From Candidatus Sericytochromatia bacterium (GTDB lineage Bacteria > Cyanobacteriota > Sericytochromatia > S15B-MN24 > JAQBPE01), in NCBI GenBank assembly GCA_040400605.1, contig JBBAPZ010000029.1, forward strand, positions 1 to 30,207: a DNA stretch of 30,207 bases, written 5' to 3'. Within the stretch, counting starts at the first letter, position 1; each line of letters starts with the position of its first letter. Below the pieces are notes generated by a model, which was given only the letters and a program-made list of their open reading frames with translations, was not told where the DNA came from and did not search any database. Positions 7,634 through 16,148 of the stretch are shown here, one piece after another. Both the position numbers and the translations under genes were made by a program.

Positions 7634-9136
7634 ATGGATCTGTTTTCGAACTTGGCAACCGGATTCGGCGTTGCGCTGAGCTTGCAGAATCTGGCCTTTG
7701 CGCTTGGCGGTGTGTTTATCGGAACCCTCATAGGCGTTCTGCCCGGACTGGGGCCTGTGCCTGCGATCGCGATGCTTTTGCCGTCGATCTACACGCTGGA
7801 TCCGACGGCCGCGCTGATCATGTTGGCTGGCGTCTATTACGGTGCACAGTATGGGGGCTCCACCACAGCCATTCTCATCAACCTACCTGGAGAGTCCAGC
7901 TCGATCGTCACGGCCATCGATGGATATCAGATGGCACGCAAGGGTCGGGCTGGTGCTGCGCTGGCGGCGGCTGGACTCGGCTCTTTCTTTGCAGGTTGCG
8001 TGGGCACCTTGGTGTTGGCGGCTTTTGCGCCAGCACTGGCAGGGATTGCTTTTGCCTTTGGTCCTGCGGAATACGCTGCGTTGATGTTGCTGGGTTTGAT
8101 CGGCGCGGTTGTGCTGGCCTCTGGATCAGTCTCCAAGGCCGTGGGTATGGTGCTTCTGGGCTTGTTGCTTGGCCAGATCAACACCGATCCCTTGTCAGGC
8201 GTTGAACGTTTTAGCTTTGGTATTCCAGAGTTGACCGACGGTCTTGGGTTCGTCGCAGTCGCCATGGGTTTGTTCGGCTTTGGCGAAATCATCGGCAACC
8301 TGAATCGCCCCTCTGAATCACGTGAAGTCTTTACGCGGGACGTCAAGAATCTATGGCCAACAGGTGAGGATTTTCGACAAGCGATGCCGGCTGTCTTGCG
8401 GGGTACGGCTCTCGGCTCCTTGTTGGGTGTCCTGCCAGGTGGTGGTGCCATTCTTGCGTCGTTTGTTTCTTACACGCTGGAAAAGCGGGTCTCCAAGACA
8501 CCTGAGCGATTTGGACACGGTGCCATCGAGGGCGTGGCCGGACCCGAAAGTGCAAATAATGCTGCGGCACAAACCTCTTTCATCCCGATGCTGACGCTGG
8601 GTATACCACCCAACCCCGTGATGGCCTTGATGATTGGCGCGATGGTGGTCATGGGCATCACACCAGGCCCCAAGGTCATGGTTGAAAACCCCGACTTGTT
8701 CTGGGGCCTCATTGCTTCGATGTGGATCGGCAACTTGATGTTGATCATCCTCAACCTGCCGTTCATAGGCATTTGGGTGAAGCTCCTGACAGTGCCTTAT
8801 CGGTTCTTGTTTCCATCGATCGTTTGTTTTTGCGTGATTGGCCTGTACACGCTGTCGAACAACAATTTCGACATTTACCTTGCGGGTGTGTTTGCCATCA
8901 TTGGATTTTTATTCATCAAACTCAGATGCGAAGCCGGCCCCTTGTTGCTGGGCATGGTGCTCGGGCCGATGCTCGAGGAGAACCTGCGCCGAACGCTTCT
9001 GGTTGCACGCGGTGACTGGAGCGTGCTGCTCACCCGCCCTATTTCTGGCACCTTGATCGCGCTTTCAGTCGTGATGTTGGTGTCCGCATTGTTGCCCGCA
9101 ATAAGAAAAAGGCGAGACAACGCCTTCCGTGATTAA
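7634..9136 (+). CDS. tctA: Tripartite tricarboxylate transporter large permease TctA
   Basis: GVLPGLGP, YYGAQYGGS, NLPGE, PESANNAAAQ, LTLGIP; 500 aa, hydrophobic. Confidence 0.97.
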   Translation: MDLFSNLATGFGVALSLQNLAFALGGVFIGTLIGVLPGLGPVPAIAMLLPSIYTLDPTAALIMLAGVYYGAQYGGSTTAILINLPGESSSIVTAIDGYQMARKGRAGAALAAAGLGSFFAGCVGTLVLAAFAPALAGIAFAFGPAEYAALMLLGLIGAVVLASGSVSKAVGMVLLGLLLGQINTDPLSGVERFSFGIPELTDGLGFVAVAMGLFGFGEIIGNLNRPSESREVFTRDVKNLWPTGEDFRQAMPAVLRGTALGSLLGVLPGGGAILASFVSYTLEKRVSKTPERFGHGAIEGVAGPESANNAAAQTSFIPMLTLGIPPNPVMALMIGAMVVMGITPGPKVMVENPDLFWGLIASMWIGNLMLIILNLPFIGIWVKLLTVPYRFLFPSIVCFCVIGLYTLSNNNFDIYLAGVFAIIGFLFIKLRCEAGPLLLGMVLGPMLEENLRRTLLVARGDWSVLLTRPISGTLIALSVVMLVSALLPAIRKRRDNAFRD

Positions 9137-9168
9137 TGTCTCATACAAACATCAAAGGAGTTCAACTT

Positions 9169-10134
9169 ATGAAGAGTTTTTTCGCATCGATGGCCATCGT
9201 GTTGACTGGCGCAATGACCACGATTCCAAATATGGCGTCAGCACAAAACCGTATCTTCGTCGGTACCGTTGCCGGATCTGATCTGGACGGGCTTGCGCGT
9301 CGCGTGGCCGAAGTGCTGGCTGCATCCGATGGCTCACGCTGGATCGTTGAGAACCGCCCTGGATCAGGCGGCGCACTCGGATTCGATGCGATCAAGAGCG
9401 CGCCTGCAGACGGTACGACTCTGCTGATGGCCCCATCAGGTGCAATGACCTTGACACCCCACACACGCGGCAACCTCAAGTACTCCTTGGCGGACGTGGC
9501 ACCCGTTTCTCGCGTTGCCGGATTCGATGTGGCCTACATCGTGAGCGCCAAGGTTCCAGCGACAACGCTGAAGGCCTACATCGACTGGGTCAAGCAAGAC
9601 AACTCGCGCGCGGTGTTCGCCACCCCCCAGTTTGGAGGCATCCCGCACATGTTCGGCATCAAGCTGGGGCGCGCAGCCGGTGTCCCACTTGACAACGTGG
9701 CCTACCGCGGTGGTGGATCGCAATTGATCACCGATGTGGTCGGTGGACACTTGTTGGCTGCCTCGTCGGGCGTCGCGGAGTGGTTGCGTGAACATCAAGC
9801 CGGAACGGTGCGCATCTTGGCGACCAGCGGTACGAAAAGAGCGCCCCAACTCCCCAATGTGCCGACCTTTCAAGAGCTTGGTTACAAAGATTTGGTGGCC
9901 TCAATTTCCTACATCTTGATGGCGCCTGCACAAACACCGAAGGCGACGATCGACGGCATAGCTGCCCGTGTGAACAAGGGACTGACGGACGCCAAATTGC
10001 GCGAGGCTTTGACGGCGCAAGGTTTTGTGGTTGACGGTACAGCAAACCCAGCAACGGTGGCAGCTGACTTGAGGGCAGAACACAAATATTGGGGTGACTT
10101 GGTCAAAGAGACCGGCTTCAAGATGCCGAATTGA
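9169..10134 (+). CDS. tctC: Bug/TctC substrate-binding protein 1 (cognate of TctAB)
   Basis: Signal peptide, VENRPGSGG, APADGTTLL, PNVPTFQELG. RBS aaggag favours ATG 9169 over 9136. Confidence 0.9.
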   Translation: MKSFFASMAIVLTGAMTTIPNMASAQNRIFVGTVAGSDLDGLARRVAEVLAASDGSRWIVENRPGSGGALGFDAIKSAPADGTTLLMAPSGAMTLTPHTRGNLKYSLADVAPVSRVAGFDVAYIVSAKVPATTLKAYIDWVKQDNSRAVFATPQFGGIPHMFGIKLGRAAGVPLDNVAYRGGGSQLITDVVGGHLLAASSGVAEWLREHQAGTVRILATSGTKRAPQLPNVPTFQELGYKDLVASISYILMAPAQTPKATIDGIAARVNKGLTDAKLREALTAQGFVVDGTANPATVAADLRAEHKYWGDLVKETGFKMPN

Positions 10135-10168
10135 CGTGCACGACTGAGCGCATCTGAGGCCCCCGACG

Positions 10169-10939
10169 ATGGAGTTGTTATCAGCCATGGTGTTCGGGGC
10201 TTGCGCGGGGTCTTTGATGTACTTGTCGGGTGTTGGGGGCGGCGTTGTCGTCGTGCCCACGCTGGTTGGAATGTTTGGCATGACCTTGCCGGTCGCGGTT
10301 GGCACGGCCAGTGCCTTCTCGTTTGTTTACAAGATCGGTGCGGGATTGAGCCACCAACGTGCCGGCAACGTGGCTTGGCCCTTGCTTCGGACATTCCTGA
10401 AAGCGGCGGTGGGGGTGTGCCTGCTGTGTTCTTTGTTGGTGGTTTGGGTCATGGGCCAGTCTGGGGTTTTGGCAGCAGTGGTGAATGGCGCGCTCAAGCT
10501 GGCGATATTTGTCGCAGGCGTGTTGGCCCTGTTGTCCCTCCATTCACAGAACTTGAGCCGTGTCCTGCAGAGGCTTGGGCTTGTCCCTTTGGCTTGCGCC
10601 ACAGGTGCGCTTGTCGGTGCGACGGGGACAGGTGGCGGTATTTTGGTCACACCCGCTTTGTTGGCCACCAGCGGCGAGTCGGCCCAACGCGTGGTCGGCA
10701 CTTCACTGGTCATCGGCCTGGCTCTTTCGGCCTGCACGGGGGTGGTTTTCGGCATGAGTGGCAGCCTCGATACGCCCCATCTGGGCGCCATGCTCCTGGG
10801 TGCCTTGGTGTCCATGCCGATCGCCAAGTTTGGCTTTGAGAGATTGAGTGCGCAAGCCATTCGCCAGTTGACCTCTGCGGCGATCGTGTTGGCCCTGGCG
10901 TTGATGATGGCGTCGGTCTGGCGCAGTGCATTTTCCTGA
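10169..10939 (+). CDS. TauE/SafE (TSUP) family sulfite/organosulfur transporter
   Basis: 256 aa membrane protein with duplicated GVGGGVVVVP...AVGT and GTGGGILVTP...VVGTS motifs. Confidence 0.9.
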   Translation: MELLSAMVFGACAGSLMYLSGVGGGVVVVPTLVGMFGMTLPVAVGTASAFSFVYKIGAGLSHQRAGNVAWPLLRTFLKAAVGVCLLCSLLVVWVMGQSGVLAAVVNGALKLAIFVAGVLALLSLHSQNLSRVLQRLGLVPLACATGALVGATGTGGGILVTPALLATSGESAQRVVGTSLVIGLALSACTGVVFGMSGSLDTPHLGAMLLGALVSMPIAKFGFERLSAQAIRQLTSAAIVLALALMMASVWRSAFS

Positions 10940-10956
10940 AGAAAGTTTTCGACCCT

Positions 10957-12432
10957 ATGCAGTCCACACCCTTGTCTCGACCGGCCTTTGTCGCGGGATC
11001 GGTCCCCGAGTACCGTACGCCAGAGCTTCTGATCAACGGCCAATGGCGTCCTGGACGGAGCGCATTGCGCATCGCTGTTTGCAATCCCGCAACAGAAGAG
11101 CCGTTGGGTGATTTTTCCTCTGCCAGCACCGAGGATTTGGCAGAAGCTTTGGCTGCATCTGAGGTCGGCTTCGCCGCTTGGCGCCAACGCCCGGCCCGCG
11201 AACGCGCCGAAATCCTGGAGCGGGGTGTGGCGCGCATGCTGGAGCGGCTGGAGACCCTCGCCACCTGGCTTACTCTGGAACAGGGCAAGACCCTGGCCGA
11301 GTCGCGACAGGAAGTGCAAGTCGCCGCAGAGATGATCAAGTGGTACGCCGAGGAGTCACGCCGTGTGTATGGCCGACTGGCATCTTCGCGTTTGGTCGGC
11401 GCCACCATGGAGGTGCGCAAGTACCCGGTTGGGCCAGTGTTGGCCCTTTCCCCTTGGAACTACCCGGTGATATTGACGGCCCGCAAGATCGGCGGGGCGT
11501 TGGCGGCGGGATGCTCGGTGATCGTCAAGGCGGCCGAGGAAACGCCTGCGGCCGTGGCTGCCATGGTGGATTGTCTACAAGCCGAGCTGCCGCCAGGCAC
11601 CCTTCAGCTTGTATATGGAAATCCAGTTGAAATATCAGAAACTTTGATTGCCAGCCCGGTCATCCGCAAGGTGTCCTTCACCGGCTCAGTGGGGGTGGGC
11701 CGAACACTGGCACGGCAGTGCGCCGAAGGCTTCAAGCGGACCACGATGGAGTTGGGCGGGCATGCGCCCGTCATCGTGTGGGCCGACGCTGACCTTGTGC
11801 GATTCGTCCCCATGTTGGTGGGCCACAAGTTCCGCAACGCGGGGCAGGCCTGTCTGGCGCCCACGCGCTTTTTGGTGCACCAGTCCATTGAGCGTGAGTT
11901 CAGCGACCGCTTCGTTGCAGCGGTCCAAGCCTTGAAGGTGGGCGACGGCATGAATCCAGCGGTGCAAATGGGGCCCATGGTCAATGCGCGCCGAAAAGCC
12001 GCCATGGCACCACTGGTGGCCAACGCACTGGAACATGGCGCTAACTTAGCCTTTGGCGGCGCAATGGGGGGCCTGGGTCACTTCCATGCACCGACTGTGC
12101 TGCGCAATGTGCCGCCCACGGCGCGGATCATGTCGGAGGAGCCCTTTGGCCCCTTGGCGCCCATCACAGGATTCAACACCCTCGAGGAGGCGCTGACCAT
12201 CGCCAACCACAACCCGTATGGCCTGGCGGCTTATCTGTTCACCGACAGCAGGCGCATTGCCAATGTGGTGACTGAGCAACTGGAAGTAGGCGCCATCGCC
12301 ATCAACAACGTCATGGTGTCCACGCCTGAAGCGCCCTTCGGCGGCATCAAGGACAGCGGCATAGGCAGTGAGAGCGGTATTGAAGGCATGGCGTCCTTCC
12401 TGGAGACACGCACCGTCCACGCGGCTCAATGA
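10957..12432 (+). CDS. NAD(P)+-dependent aldehyde dehydrogenase, SSADH-type, TsaD-like
   Basis: SPWNYP, KAAEETP, FTGS, ELGGHAP, catalytic Cys in NAGQAC, EEPFGP. YRTPELLINGQWRPGR and AMVDCL recall Comamonas TsaD (from memory). Confidence 0.93.
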   Translation: MQSTPLSRPAFVAGSVPEYRTPELLINGQWRPGRSALRIAVCNPATEEPLGDFSSASTEDLAEALAASEVGFAAWRQRPARERAEILERGVARMLERLETLATWLTLEQGKTLAESRQEVQVAAEMIKWYAEESRRVYGRLASSRLVGATMEVRKYPVGPVLALSPWNYPVILTARKIGGALAAGCSVIVKAAEETPAAVAAMVDCLQAELPPGTLQLVYGNPVEISETLIASPVIRKVSFTGSVGVGRTLARQCAEGFKRTTMELGGHAPVIVWADADLVRFVPMLVGHKFRNAGQACLAPTRFLVHQSIEREFSDRFVAAVQALKVGDGMNPAVQMGPMVNARRKAAMAPLVANALEHGANLAFGGAMGGLGHFHAPTVLRNVPPTARIMSEEPFGPLAPITGFNTLEEALTIANHNPYGLAAYLFTDSRRIANVVTEQLEVGAIAINNVMVSTPEAPFGGIKDSGIGSESGIEGMASFLETRTVHAAQ

Positions 12433-12487
12433 GCGGGGTCGAATAGCAATTAGGGTAAGTCCCAGCAGCAGATCACGCAGTATCTAT

Positions 12488-12515
12488 TTGAGAAACGCCG
12501 TATTTTTTATAGAAT
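12488..12515 (+). promoter_or_regulatory. Putative internal sigma70 promoter for the porin sub-operon, with operator copy 3
   Basis: TTGAGA (12488..12493), 16 nt, TAGAAT (12510..12515). AGAAACGCCGTATTTT at 12491..12506 overlaps it. Confidence 0.55.
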
Positions 12516-12564
12516 CATCTAGACCTTGACCGAAGCCAACCCACAAAACCCATAGGAGAACACC

Positions 12565-13662
12565 ATGAACAGTTCCAGAATTTCTCGAGCTGCAGCGGCC
12601 ATGCTTGCCATGACGGCATTGGGTGCGCAAGCCCAAGTGACCATTTCCGGCGCTATTGATACAAGCATTGAATCCGTGAACACAGGAGATCCCGGCGGAA
12701 AAACAACCCAATTGGGGACAGGAACCGTCACGGGCAGCCGAATCGTTTTTTCAGCACGTGAGGATTTGGGCGGTGGACTTTCAGCCTTTACCCGGCTTGA
12801 TATGGGCATCAGGACCGATTCAGGCGACATGCTGCCAGGCGCTAATGCCAATTTTGGACGCACGTCCATCGTTGGCATCGAAAGCCGTGAGTGGGGTCAA
12901 CTGGCGTTGGGCCGCACGGGTACACCGCTCATTCCGATGCTGAACCAGACGGATTTTGGTGGCATTGGCTATTACGGAAACAACGGCAGCATCAGTCAAA
13001 ACATCGTCGGTCGTGCCAGCAATGGCATTTACTACACGTCGCCTGATATGCGAGGCCTCACGTTGCGTGCTGTGGTCACAGCAGGACTTGAGAACGCCAC
13101 AGCGCCACAAGATCAGGGGCGCATGATGGGCATGGGTGCCTACTATCGCACAGGCAAATTGAATCTCGCCGCAGCCTATCAGAGCAGCAAAGAGCGAACC
13201 GGAACGGGCGCAAACCTCGCTGTAGATGATCAAACTGAGATGGGGTTCGGTGGTCGCTACGACTACGGCTGGGTGACGTTAAACGCCGGATGGTACAAGA
13301 TCCACCAAGTCACACCCGCAGCTTCTCGTGATCGGGCTATTCCCAGCAACAACACCACGTCTTATTGGCTTGGTGCCGTGTTTCCCGTGGGAAAAACAGG
13401 CAGGCTGGGCATGCAGATGGGTGAAACCAAAGGCGATCTGAAGGTCGCAGGTTTGCCTGAACCCAAGGGCACAACGATGGCGGCTTACTACAGCCACAGT
13501 CTTTCAAAGCGTACAAGCCTTTACGTCAACTATGGCCGCATCGACAACAATGCGGGCTCCATGCTCAGCTTGATTCCAGCAGCATATTTCGCACGCGTGC
13601 GTCCAGCGGTGAAGGGTTCAGACCCAACTGCATTCGCTGCGGGCATCGTTCACAACTTTTGA
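12565..13662 (+). CDS. Betaproteobacterial outer-membrane porin (Omp32/Gram-negative porin family)
   Basis: Sec signal ending AQA, VTISGAID, EDLGGGL, YSHSLSKRTSLY, C-terminal HNF; RBS aggag. Confidence 0.95.
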   Translation: MNSSRISRAAAAMLAMTALGAQAQVTISGAIDTSIESVNTGDPGGKTTQLGTGTVTGSRIVFSAREDLGGGLSAFTRLDMGIRTDSGDMLPGANANFGRTSIVGIESREWGQLALGRTGTPLIPMLNQTDFGGIGYYGNNGSISQNIVGRASNGIYYTSPDMRGLTLRAVVTAGLENATAPQDQGRMMGMGAYYRTGKLNLAAAYQSSKERTGTGANLAVDDQTEMGFGGRYDYGWVTLNAGWYKIHQVTPAASRDRAIPSNNTTSYWLGAVFPVGKTGRLGMQMGETKGDLKVAGLPEPKGTTMAAYYSHSLSKRTSLYVNYGRIDNNAGSMLSLIPAAYFARVRPAVKGSDPTAFAAGIVHNF

Positions 13663-13669
13663 TAAAACC

Positions 13670-14425
13670 ATGAAACTAGCAGGACGTACCGCACTGGTGA
13701 CCGGCGGCGCAACAGGTTTGGGCCGTGCATTCGTGCAACGCTTGCTGGCTGATGGGGCGCGTGTTGTCATCGGTGACCTGCGCGGCGCCGATGTCGCCGC
13801 AGCAGAAGAGGACAGCACAGGCACGCGTTGTTTTGGCGTAACGATGGACGTGACCGATGAGGCCTCAGTCGCTGACGCGGTCAAGGCCATCGAAGCTCGC
13901 TTTGCTGGTGTGGATATCCTCATCAACAACGCGGCGCTCTTCTCGACCTTGGAGAATCGGCCGTTTGAGGATTATTCCAGTGACGAATGGATGCAGGTCA
14001 TGCGTGTGAACACGCTTGGCCCCTTCATTTGCGCCAAGGCTGTGGCACCACACATGAAGGCCCAGCAATGGGGCCGGATCATCAACGTGGCCTCCACCTC
14101 GGCACTCAAGGGCCTGTCGAACATGGCCCACTATGTGACCAGCAAAGGTGCCGTTATCACTTTCACGCGTGTGCTGGCCCGTGAACTGGGTGCTTGGAAC
14201 ATCACAGCCAACGCTTTAGCGCCGGGTTTGACGCTCTCGGACCAGATTCTCAAAAATGATGACCACATGGCAAAGTTTGGCGAGGCCATTCGCAAGTCGC
14301 GCTCCATCCAGCGTGATGCGTTGCCTGCCGACTTGGTGGGAACCGTCAGTTTCCTGGCTAGCGACGATGCCGCTTTCATGACAGGGCAGACGCTCTGTGT
14401 CGAGGGTGGTGCCATCTTTGTGTAA
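13670..14425 (+). CDS. Classical SDR oxidoreductase
   Basis: TGGATGLG, NNAA, YVTSK catalytic motif. Confidence 0.95.
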   Translation: MKLAGRTALVTGGATGLGRAFVQRLLADGARVVIGDLRGADVAAAEEDSTGTRCFGVTMDVTDEASVADAVKAIEARFAGVDILINNAALFSTLENRPFEDYSSDEWMQVMRVNTLGPFICAKAVAPHMKAQQWGRIINVASTSALKGLSNMAHYVTSKGAVITFTRVLARELGAWNITANALAPGLTLSDQILKNDDHMAKFGEAIRKSRSIQRDALPADLVGTVSFLASDDAAFMTGQTLCVEGGAIFV

Positions 14426-14431
14426 GTTCCC

Positions 14432-16003
14432 ATGACCCAAGCACCACTGCGCAACTTGCTGTTCGTGATGAGCGACCAGTTGCGCTGGGACCACCTGGCT
14501 TGCAATGGCCACCCCAGCATCAAAACCCCCAACCTGGATGCATTGGCGGCGCGCAGCGTCAGATTCGACGCCGCATTTGTGCAGGCAGGCGTGTGTGGCC
14601 CGTCACGCATGTCTTATTACACCGGACGCTACGTGGGCTCACACGGCGTCACCTGGAATCGTGTGCCGCTGCCCGTGGAGCAGCCGACCCTGGGCGACTA
14701 CCTCGCGGGCGCAGGTCGACAGCTGCACTTGATTGGCAAGACCCATGTCATTGCCGACACGGAAGGCATGCAGCGCTTAGGTCTGACGCCGGGCTCACCA
14801 GCTTGGTTGCACCGCGCCAGCGGTGGCTTCGTGGAGGTCGACCGCATCGAGGGCCATGGGCCGCCTGACGCCAAGAGCGGCTATGCTGACTATTTGCGTG
14901 CCCACGATTACAACGGTGATGACCCATGGACCGAACATGTGGTGGGTGCGGATGGACCCGATGGTGAAACGGCCAGCGGTTGGTTTTTGCGCAACCTGCA
15001 CCTGCCCGCACGTGTGGCCGAGGAACACTCTGAGACAGCCTATGTCACCGGGTGTGCCCTGAACTATTTGGCTGAGCAAGGACAAAAACCTTGGGCGCTG
15101 CACCTGTCCTATGTGAAGCCGCATTGGCCCTACTTGGCGCCTGCACCCTACCACCAGCGCTATGGCCCTGAGGACATGCTGCCAGTAAAGAAGCGGGCGA
15201 GTGAATTGATCGACCCACATCCGGTGGTGGCGGCCTACATGCAGATGGAAGAGTCACAGACTTTTGCGCGGGACGAGGTCGTGCGCCAGGTTCGTCCGGT
15301 TTACATGGGCCTCATCGAACAGCTCGACCACCACATCGGTCGTGTGATTCAGGCCCTGAAAGACAACGGGCAGCTCGAACACACCCTCATCGTCTTCACC
15401 AACGACCATGGCGATTTCGGTGGCGACCACCATCTGGGCGAGAAGGACCTGTTCCATGATCAGGTCATTCGCTCACCCCTGATGGTGTTTGACCCGCGTG
15501 CGCAGGCTGACGCCACCCGGGGTCAGCGTGTGACAGCATTTGCCGAGTCCGTGGACGTGGTGCCTACCGCGCTGGACGCTCTGCAGATCCGACCTGAGCT
15601 GGACCGGACCCAGGGCCGCTCTCTCATGCCCTGGATTCATGGCGACAGTCCGACGGACTGGCGTGACAGCGTGTTCGCGGAAATTGACTACTCGTTCCGC
15701 CGCGCCCGACTGCTGCTCAATCGTCAGCCAGGAGAGTGTCGCGGCTGGATGGTGCGCGAGAGGCAATGGAAGTACGTGCGTTGGCAAGGTTTCGGGCCAC
15801 AACTCTTCAACCTGGAAGACGATCCGGACGAATATGTGGACCTGGGCAAAGACCCACGCTATGCGGCTGAGCGCCAGCGTCTGGACGAACGTCTGCACGC
15901 TTGGCTCAACGACCAACACCCACGCCTGACCATGGGCGATGACGAGGTCGCGCAGCGAACCGATCGTGCCAAGGAGCACGGTATCTATTACGGAACTTGG
16001 TGA
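14432..16003 (+). CDS. Cys-type (formylglycine) sulfatase of the dimeric arylsulfatase / phosphonate monoester hydrolase group
   Basis: DQLRWD, CGPSR (CxPxR), TGRY, GKTH, YVKPHWP, DHGDF, GEK. No signal peptide evident. Confidence 0.9.
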   Translation: MTQAPLRNLLFVMSDQLRWDHLACNGHPSIKTPNLDALAARSVRFDAAFVQAGVCGPSRMSYYTGRYVGSHGVTWNRVPLPVEQPTLGDYLAGAGRQLHLIGKTHVIADTEGMQRLGLTPGSPAWLHRASGGFVEVDRIEGHGPPDAKSGYADYLRAHDYNGDDPWTEHVVGADGPDGETASGWFLRNLHLPARVAEEHSETAYVTGCALNYLAEQGQKPWALHLSYVKPHWPYLAPAPYHQRYGPEDMLPVKKRASELIDPHPVVAAYMQMEESQTFARDEVVRQVRPVYMGLIEQLDHHIGRVIQALKDNGQLEHTLIVFTNDHGDFGGDHHLGEKDLFHDQVIRSPLMVFDPRAQADATRGQRVTAFAESVDVVPTALDALQIRPELDRTQGRSLMPWIHGDSPTDWRDSVFAEIDYSFRRARLLLNRQPGECRGWMVRERQWKYVRWQGFGPQLFNLEDDPDEYVDLGKDPRYAAERQRLDERLHAWLNDQHPRLTMGDDEVAQRTDRAKEHGIYYGTW

Positions 16004-16088
16004 TGGCAGACGATCCCCAGATCATCCAGCACACCTCAACAGTTTTGAAGTGAAGGCCGAATTCATCAGCGCCAACACCATCCCATAT

Positions 16089-16115
16089 GGGGTCAGAGCG
16101 ACTCCGATCTGACAC
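16089..16115. repeat. Short intergenic inverted repeat, possibly a degenerate REP-like element
   Basis: ggggtcagagcgactccgatctgacac with GTCAGA/TCTGAC arms. Single copy in the window. Confidence 0.35.
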
Positions 16116-16148
16116 TGAACTTTTTCGAAAATCCAAGGAGTTAACAAA

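Noticed and set aside
12451..12465. tagggtaagtcccag dyad upstream of the porin promoter
   Set aside because: Single short copy in the window; no regulator can be assigned.
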